From assembly GCA_028023455.1 (NCBI GenBank), contig JAQFVV010000002.1, positions 1,240,001 to 1,304,000 of the forward strand: DNA of 64,000 nucleotides. Direction: 5' to 3'. This stretch comes from Epiperipatus broadwayi. Lineage: Eukaryota > Animalia > Onychophora. This document shows, in pieces, positions 55,556 through 64,000 of this stretch. The position numbers were made by a program, and so were the translations under genes. The notes under the pieces are model-generated. The model saw only the letters and a program-made list of their open reading frames with translations. It was not told where the DNA came from and did no database searches. Within the stretch, counting starts at the first letter, position 1; each line of letters starts with the position of its first letter.

Positions 55556-57849
55556 AACTTTTAAGTTTATTCCATATATGTTGCCCACATATTATGCAGA
55601 ATCCAAAAGAAATCTGAAAATCTAATATTCATTCAATAAGTTTTCCAAAAGTCTGAATATGCAAATAAAAACATTAAAATTTTTGTATCAGGATCCCATA
55701 TACTTCCAAATTCCATTGCATAATAAGACAATAAGATTAGTAGATAAATAAGAGAATATGGTTAGCAAATATTTTATAAATAATTGGGTGATATAATATT
55801 CTTTATTCAATGACTTAAATAAATTATTGGTTGGTTTTATTATGAGACTTAATGTTATCTTCTTGGATTTTTTTAAAGATGAAAACATAACTGATTAATT
55901 TATATATTGTACTGTTTTGGAGAACTATGAAATTTATAAATATTTGGAGCTCACATGAAAAAATAATATTAAAGCATTTCTGACTTTCTATATAAAAATA
56001 CAATATTCTGAAAAAAATAGAGCATATAATAAAATCATAGAATAGTTTCAAGAAAACTATTTATCCTACACTTGTGCTACCATTGATTGTAAGTTTTATT
56101 AAACAATAAACACAAGATATTAATGCTTATTAAATTCATATTCAGTGCTAAGGCTAATAAGATTAAAGTATACTAGGTTCAGATTCGAGCTCTTCATTGA
56201 CAAAGTCATAAGCCACAAACTAGCCTGGAGTTATGATATGGATTTACTATAGCAACAATAATATTCCATTAAGGCTGTAGCCTCAATCACATGCATATAA
56301 AATGCGATAGTAGGGACCTCTACAGGTCTTAAAACGAAATGAAAATTTCATTATGATGTATTTTAATAAATATTAGTAACAAACTTGCATTATATCATTA
56401 ATCAACTGCCCTACCCCCAAAAACACACTCCTGTTGACTGATACCTGATTATTAATTACACTTTGAAGCTTTAATACATATTCATAGAAATATAGTTATA
56501 GCCTACTTTTACATTGGTTTGCAAGATTGGATGAAAATTTATGAATTTGTTAATAATATTTAACAAAAGATGGCATACTGAGATTTTCATTGCTCTTTCA
56601 ATATTTTTATATTAAATTATACTATTTCAAATATCCAATTATATTTATATATATTTATTATCAAATGTATTGCGTTTCCAACACTTTATATTAATTTTAG
56701 TCATGAACAATCAAACATATGTTGTATCAGAATTTATTGATTCATCAAGATCAGATATTACACACCCACTTATATATATATAATAATTTTAATAAAAATA
56801 ATAAAATATAAGGGGGGTAATATATTTATAAATAACTATAATAAACTGCAAACATATTTTCAGTTAATTTCTTAACTTTCTTCAACTTTATTATTTTAAT
56901 AACACTCCTCTTATAATAATTATTCTATAATGAACATTTTATTTTACATATATCAAATAATAGAAATATACTTCTTTTCATATTGCAAAAACCACAATAA
57001 ATTTAATATTTCAAATTACTTACAACTCTTCATATAAGAATGATTTAATTAGTAATAATATTGAATACATAATGTAAGTTAGATACTATTGCAAAAACGA
57101 CTTTAATGATCTTAATCAAAATAATATAAGAAATAAAATAAAGAATACTCTGATTTTTACTAGCGTTTGCTATGAATAATGTAAACCTTAACACTTCAAA
57201 CCTCATTATGTCATAAAAATTATATTTATGAGACTTAAGTAAAATTATCAGCAATTATCACTAGAAATGTGGAAGAAATTATTCATGCTGTTTTTACACT
57301 CCAAATACCAATAAAGTCTAATCAATAATAAATGTTAATTGTTTTTTTAAAAATACATAGAGATAAAAAATAGTAATAGATAAAACAATGGAAGGAATAT
57401 TCAAATACTTTAAAACAAATTAAATAAAGGATTATTATAATTTGAAAATATTTCATTGATGGCAAATTATCATAGTATAAACTATTTTTCAGTTTAAAAA
57501 TTTTCAGACCAACCTTTTTTTTATTAAATGTATTTCATGATACAACCTCCATTCATCTTGTGATCTAAAGGCCTGGACCTTCAAATATATAGATAAAAAT
57601 AGTAATTGTCTCAGTTATTTTACAAATATGGCCATTTTTTATTATTAGTGAATGTCATTGCTATACTATAATATGCTCATAGTTGTTTTTTTTTCAGTTA
57701 GTATAATGATTCTGATTTGAATCATCTAGAATAATCCAATATTTATCTTCTAATTAATAGTAGCTTAATATATATTTAGTCACCATTACTTGATGATGGC
57801 TGTCTGGAATAATTTTAGGCCATCTAAATAAAATATCAATTTTTTTCAG

Positions 57850-57937
57850 AACTTGAACAGAGTTCAATGCTTAGCCAGACTGTACTTAAACCTTGGGCCA
57901 TGGGAATAGCAGGAAGATGTACTAACCATTCAAAAAA
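57850..57937 (+). CDS. Candidate 88-nt coding exon ((E)LEQSSMLSQTVLKPWAMGIAGRCTNHSK)
   Basis: Acceptor aattttttttcag, donor gtaatg; only one frame is open; GC-richer than its flanks; protein not recognised. Confidence 0.45.
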
Positions 57938-58874
57938 GTAATGAAACGAATAAATTGTGATGCTTTAATAGTCATTGTTTTAGCTGTTATTGAAGAAAGT
58001 GAGAAACTTACAGTTACAAGTCAACCAAAGCTCAAATAATATCGTTGTTCTTTTCCTAATTAAAATACACGGTTTATATACAAGCATATATATATATTTA
58101 ATTTCCAAACATAAAAATAATTATACACAAATATTATCTGATTCATTTTCATTTTTGTTAAAACCTTGTAGTTTCATTGAAGATTAAACATGTTTATAAT
58201 TACTATAAATTAGATTAATACTATATAATAAATAGTATGTAATTTAATAAAAACAAAATCACAGGGTTCCTGCGTAACAAAATTAAAAAGATTGGTCTAT
58301 TCACATCTTTGTTTCGATATAGAAATGTAATGGAAATAGTTCTGGGCTTTTATGTGGATAACATTATATGTATGATGAAATCGTGCATCCAAAAAGTAAC
58401 TAAATGATTTAAAATTTTTATATATGCCATTGCATTTAGAATCAGTTTGTAATAGAATAATCTAACTTGTTTGATTCATTCATTAATTAAATAAAATTTG
58501 AATGAAATATTTTCTTTCACTTATTCTGACCTAATATTTTTAATATTCATTTACAAATTTATTTAATATTAAAATACATGACTAACAATCATGTAATTTT
58601 TTCCCCAGGAAATAGCAAGTTAAAGATTTAAAATGATGATTTTAACCCCTTTTTGTTACAATTCAATTCAAATTTATTTAATCAATGATCTATATCATTA
58701 AAATATTAATTATCTTAATTATAAAAATGTGTATGTATTGTTATAATATAAGCACAAAAATTTAGAAATCAAGTTTAGTTTGTCTCTAAATGCAAAATAT
58801 TTTAATAAATAATTTACCCAACCAAGGAAAATATTAAATAACATATCATTAACAATAAATATAATATAATAATT

Positions 58875-60230
58875 TGTCAATTGCTAAAACAGAGAATCTT
58901 AATATAAATAAAATAAAATTAACTAACTATTGCCAAGCGCTTTCAACTCTTATGAGTCCTTATCAAGGCAATGTAAAAAAAAAAATATATTTTTTCCTAG
59001 GTGATAAATTCAACATTTCATTGTATTGGCCAGGAACAACTAATCGAAAATCTGGTTAATTTTGAATTCATAGCACAAGGTGAATTTTGTATAAGATATG
59101 ATTCTTTAATCTTGCGTTTTTTTTATCATGTGTTTCATGCATTAATATTGTAAAATCATTTGGACTACATATATGGCCTGTACTATTTTGTTGAACATAA
59201 AAAGCTGAATAAACTGTATCATCTTCTCTTGTTCTATTATATGTATATTTATGTTGTTGAGGGTGATATTTAATATTTGTTTCGGTTTCTCCAACATATA
59301 TTGCACTACAATTTATTTGTGGGCATCTAATAGAATATACAACACTGCTTTTATCTGCCTTATTTATTACTTCCTTAGAATTATTCATTAATCTATTAAG
59401 GTTAGACAGAGTTCTTCGTGCTAATTGGAAATCTTGACTTAAAACTTTGACTATATTTTTATTAATATTGGGAATAAAAGCTAATGACATCCATGGTTTA
59501 TTATTCATATTTATATGATCACTCCTATAACATAGTTTATAATGTTTCAATACAATAGATAATAGCTTCTGTTTATTATAATCCACTTGTATCAAATCTT
59601 GCTTATAGCATTTTATATTATCTTTCTTAAACATTTCATTTGAACACAGTCTTTGATTACGTTTTAAAAAAGCTCTAAACCCAGCTAATTTGTGTACTAA
59701 AGGAACATTAGATGTTGGATGAATATAACCTCTATAATTTATATGTTTTCCAACCATTTTATATACTAATTTATCATCAATACTTGATATTTGCAAATCC
59801 AGGTATTTAATACTAGAATTGTCCTCTCTTTCTATTGTCCAAACTAAACCATCCTGGTTCTGCAAACTATTAAAAATTTTGTTTTATATTGTCTGGTTGC
59901 CCGTATATCAAAACACTATCTACATATCTACAATACAATGTGTTCTCATTTTTTACTAATATGGGATTCACAATTCGCTGTTCTATATTATCTACAAACA
60001 AATTATTTAATAATTCACCTACAGCCAAACCCATTGGCCATCCTTTTCCCATTCTATATAAGTAACTACCATGTGCTGCAACAATATCATTGCTTATCCA
60101 ATTTAAAACATCCATAATGAAAAATATCTTATCCTGTGGCATTTCTTTAATACATAATTATTATTATCATTAACAAAAAGTGTTGTAATTGAAAATTATA
60201 ACATGGCAACATAATCACCTTTAAATAATA
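58875..60230 (-). mobile_element. 5'-truncated Penelope-like element (family B): RT, GIY-YIG and 3' pseudo-LTR
   Basis: ORF 59870-60142 (GWPMG, YCRYVD); ORF 59068-59865 (IKYLDLQI, SLAFIP, VVYSIRC..C.AIYVGET); pLTR homologous to 10348-10560. Confidence 0.92.
58929..58972 (-). ncRNA. Intact minimal hammerhead with a U3-A8 core in the PLE pseudo-LTR
   Basis: ATTGCC-TTGATAA-G-GACTC ATAA GAGTT-GAAA-GCGC-TT-GGCAAT: 6-bp stem I, 5-bp stem II, palindromic AGCGCU stem III. Confidence 0.85.
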
Positions 60231-61502
60231 AAAAAATAAGAATTTTTAGTTATAAAATGAAGTCGAAATAGTATTACTTCGCATTTATTTCTATAGATAT
60301 TTGTTTTATTAATTAAATTTGTTTTTTTTTTTTTTATCTTTTTTATATGAAGAAAAAAATTATATAACACTGATAAATAAAAATATTAGTAATTATATCG
60401 ACTTTCCTTTCATTACAAATTTCTATTTTTTATAATAATCCAAGTAAATAAAATGACTTATTACATTATAAAACCATACAATAAAAAACAAATTATAAAA
60501 TATAAATAGACTATTAAATTCTTCTGTTCATTTAATATTAATAGTATGCACATATAGGTAAGTAATGTTTTCTTAAAAGATTGTTCATTAAAGTGACAAA
60601 TTTTCACCTTGGGTAAGATATTTATCGTAATCAATTTCATAGAAATTATTTGGTAATCCTTTGATAACAGTTTTGTTTTAATATTTCATTAATACATAAA
60701 GGACTAATTTATTATCAACTTTAAGAAATATAATGATTTAATTAATTTTTACAAGTATTTGTTTTTATTCTGCTTGCTTAAGTTGATGACTATGAGGTTT
60801 CTATTACTGGTACACTCATTGCTTTTAATATAAAGTTATCCATTTTATATTTCTATATAGATACTTTAAAATAAAATCTAATATGTGTAATTTTTTGTCC
60901 ATGAAAATCAAAAGTGATTCTCCTTGGATTCTCTTTTAAAATTTAGTAATGTATGTGGAAGGTTTTAAACATATGTCAAAAAATATTTTGATTCCATATT
61001 TCAGAAAGACTTTAAAATACAATTAAGAGTAATTTAATTTGCATGGGAGCTTCACATTCCTATGTCACATGATCAAATACCTTTTCTTTTTCTAGTCTGC
61101 TAAGAATGGCTAAAGTACATGAGATTCTACCATACTCCAATTAATTTATTAATTGCAAAATAATGACAAATACTAAAGATAATGAGCCATATAATTTATT
61201 CACGTATATACATTTTTACACAACTCATGATATTATAACTGGTCATAATCCATGGGAAACAGTAGTTTGTTACTAATGTTTCAGATGGGATTTAATTTAC
61301 ATGTTTATTTCAATGTTTTCACGGTTTTTAAAATAAGTTAATACAATTAGCTTGTTTCTGAATAGATGTAAACTCATTGCTTAGATAAACTATTATAACT
61401 ACTGATTACTACAGTTTTAAGATTTAATAAATCTACAGTTTGAGATAAGCTAAATTCATTAACTCTGATCATTTCATAAGCCATTTAATAAAACTTTTTT
61501 TA

Positions 61503-61577
61503 TATATGTCAAAGCGTTGACCGGGACGCGAACCCGGGCCAGCTATGCTAACCGCTAAGCCACAACGCTTGGCTAAG
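61503..61577 (-). mobile_element. tRNA-derived SINE copy lacking the anticodon arm
   Basis: TGGCTTAGCGGTTAGC..GGGTTCGCGTCCCGGTCAACGCTTTGACAT; 15 nt shorter than the 63.7-kb copy. Confidence 0.75.
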
Positions 61578-61937
61578 AAAGAACTGAAAACAACACATAC
61601 ATTTTACATTTAATTAACAGAAAGTAATTCAGTCTTAAGTTTTAAAATCAAAAAATACATTTATTTTAATAATATAACTTTTCAGACTAACTTTAGTTAA
61701 CTAAATTTTATTTTGCAAAACGTTTTTTTTAAAAAAAAAAAAACACCATTTAATTAAAATAATCTTGACAATGAAAAATAAGTAAACAAATTCGTTTGTC
61801 TTCTATTTCCAAATAATAGAAACATTTTATTCATTTCAAAAATTATTTACTTAAGAACAGGTTCACCACATGCGAGTGTGCAGAGTACAAATCAGTTCCT
61901 CAATGGGGGAGTCAAAGTGAAGATCGTTTATAATATT

Positions 61938-62390
61938 TATATGTAAATGAAAATGCTTAGATTTTTCACAAATCACTTCATTTTTACAAACACGTTCTGA
62001 TTGTAAATATTTTTTATTTAAATGTGAGGATTATTTTTTTTACTTAAATTGTTTGTCATATTTTAAACAGTATATACTTTATCCTTGAGCGACATCGATC
62101 AGCTAAGTGCCAACACTCCATGGTAAGTAATAAAATATTTATATCTAAATGAAAATGTTTAGATTTCAGAATCACTCCATTGTTAGAAACCCATTCTGAT
62201 TGCCAATATTTTTTATTTAAATATAAAAAAATTATTTTTTTACTCAGACTTGTGACAATTATTCGAAATCTACTAAATATTATATTGTCTAACATTGCAA
62301 TAAACTAAACAGACTTTTACCATTTCACCGAGATAATTAATAAAAGTTATATGTAAATGAAAATATTTAGATTTCCAAATTACCTTTATT
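61938..62390. repeat. Degenerate ~205-bp tandem repeat (about 2.3 units)
   Basis: atatgtaaatgaaaatgcttagattt recurs at ~61940, ~62151 and ~62350, with ttctgattg..aatattttttatttaaat in the first two units. Confidence 0.7.
62071..62122 (+). CDS. Candidate 52-nt exon (YTLSLSDIDQLSANTP or IYFILERHRSAKCQHSM)
   Basis: Acceptor ttttaaacag, consensus donor TG|gtaagt, CpG retained; two frames are open. Confidence 0.35.
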
Positions 62391-63700
62391 TAAATATCCT
62401 AATTTATATTTAAAATGACGCATTACTATTAATAATATATTAAAAAATAAACTTATTTAAAACATTTTCTCATTATAATTATGTATTGTAGGTAATTTAC
62501 TTTATCATTCATATTTTATAATCTCTATTGTATATTTGGTGTGGTTGTAGGGTTTAGGGATCAATAATGGTGCACTAACTCACTATTTTTAACATCAATA
62601 TTATCTATGTTTTCTCTTTATAATACTAATATTATATTTTTAATAGTGATATAATTTTATATGTTTTATTAATCTGTTTCTTATTAAATTTGGACAGTCA
62701 TGGAATTTATTATTTAGCCAAAATTTGTAATTGATTCATAAAGTTATCCAAATACATGACAGTCCAAACCCAAGAAAAACAGAAATAGTAAAAAACATTT
62801 AAAAAAAATATTATTGTGTGCATTTCCTTAATGAACAATGTGATTATTGCACACTAAATAAAACATCAATTGCCACAATAATTTAATCTTTTGAATCCAC
62901 ATTTTTTAAAACATTCTATACTTAAGAGTATCTTCCTTACCTATATTAAAATTTATCATGCCAAGACTATAAAGGTAGTATTATCATCTATGTATAATAT
63001 ATTATATTGTAGTGACATTATAATTGGATTGCATCTATCATCAACTCATTAAGGAATGCCATTTTAAAAACTATTGTAATGACAGTACAAAAAGTATAGT
63101 GTGGAACAAAATCAAAATTTCATCCAATAAAAACTGTAGTAGTTTTTAAAAATATTAAGAGAGTGAGGTGACAATAAATGAATTATCCACTATGAAATTA
63201 ACAGATGGCGATTTAAAGAAATCTTTTTTTTTTTCAAATGATAGACAGTTTAGAGTTTTTTATTACCTGTGTTGATATAGTCTGATTTTTTAAATATTTC
63301 AGTGCAGCTTTTTTAATTTGTTTTGATAATATTACATCTGAATAAAAACCTGTTTGTCAAAAAATCTTTTTTTTTTGTTACTAGTATCTATAACATGGGA
63401 GAGAATTTTGACAATGATTTCTAATTTCATTTACAACTTATGCCATAAAAGAGACTCCACAAACTTTAAATGAGATTTCATAAACTATCTTAGCTTCAAA
63501 GAAGATTCAACTCTTGGATTTTAAAATAATGTTATTAATTTGTTAATTAGGTGGTTTGTTTTTTTTTTTTTTTTAAATCAAATTAAAATATTACTATATT
63601 TTTTTTTTTTTTTTTTTAAAAAAAAAAATAAAAATTTTTTTTTTTTTTTTTAGTTTTTATAGATTGTGGGATAGATATTACTTATATACTTTTTGTTTTC

Positions 63701-63788
63701 CATATGTCAAATGCGTTGACTGGGAAGCGAACCCGGGTCAGCTGATTGGAAAGCATCTACGCTAACCACTAGGCCACCAATTCCTGAC
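63701..63788 (-). mobile_element. tRNA-derived SINE copy (most complete)
   Basis: TGGCCTAGTGGTTAGCGTAGATGCTTTCCAATCAGCTGACCCGGGTTCGCTTCCCAGTCAACGCATTTGACATATG: A-box and B-box present, acceptor stem not tRNA-grade. Confidence 0.75.
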
Positions 63789-64000
63789 ATTGCTTATATA
63801 CTTTATGTCTCTCTTTAAATAAAATTTATGATGAATATGAACTGGTTAATGATGAGAAAATTTTTTTACATATCTATCCATGTGTTCATATGCATTTTCA
63901 GAAAGTAGAAAATGGAAAATAAAACATTGTTTTTTTTTTTGCTGATGAGTTTCTGTTTAATGGTGATAATGTTAATATAGAAAAAAATCAAGATCATATA

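Overview
AT-rich, repeat-dense metazoan (probably invertebrate) nuclear DNA with no complete host gene that I can assemble; only scattered candidate small exons. The only long ORFs belong to two young RTE-clade LINEs: a 5'-inverted/deleted copy at 11.2-13.3 kb (+) and a full-length but disrupted copy at 40.5-43.8 kb (-) whose first nucleotide is G1 of a complete HDV/CPEB3-like ribozyme fold. There are four degenerate Penelope-like (PLE) remnants with RT and/or C-terminal GIY-YIG motifs, plus Merlin, hAT and possibly Ginger/Gypsy-integrase remnants, a tRNA-derived SINE family and long microsatellites. The main hidden signal is RNA-level: at least six sequence families of hammerhead ribozyme (HHR) motifs, about 15 copies. 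Two families sit in non-coding units with tRNA-like Pol III boxes (a ~475-bp tandem unit and a tRNA-head+HHR unit). Seven inverted (fold-back) structures all share one polarity: 5' sides joined at the centre, HHR-sense strands pointing outward. All ribozyme folds and protein similarities were read by eye and need computational and biochemical confirmation.
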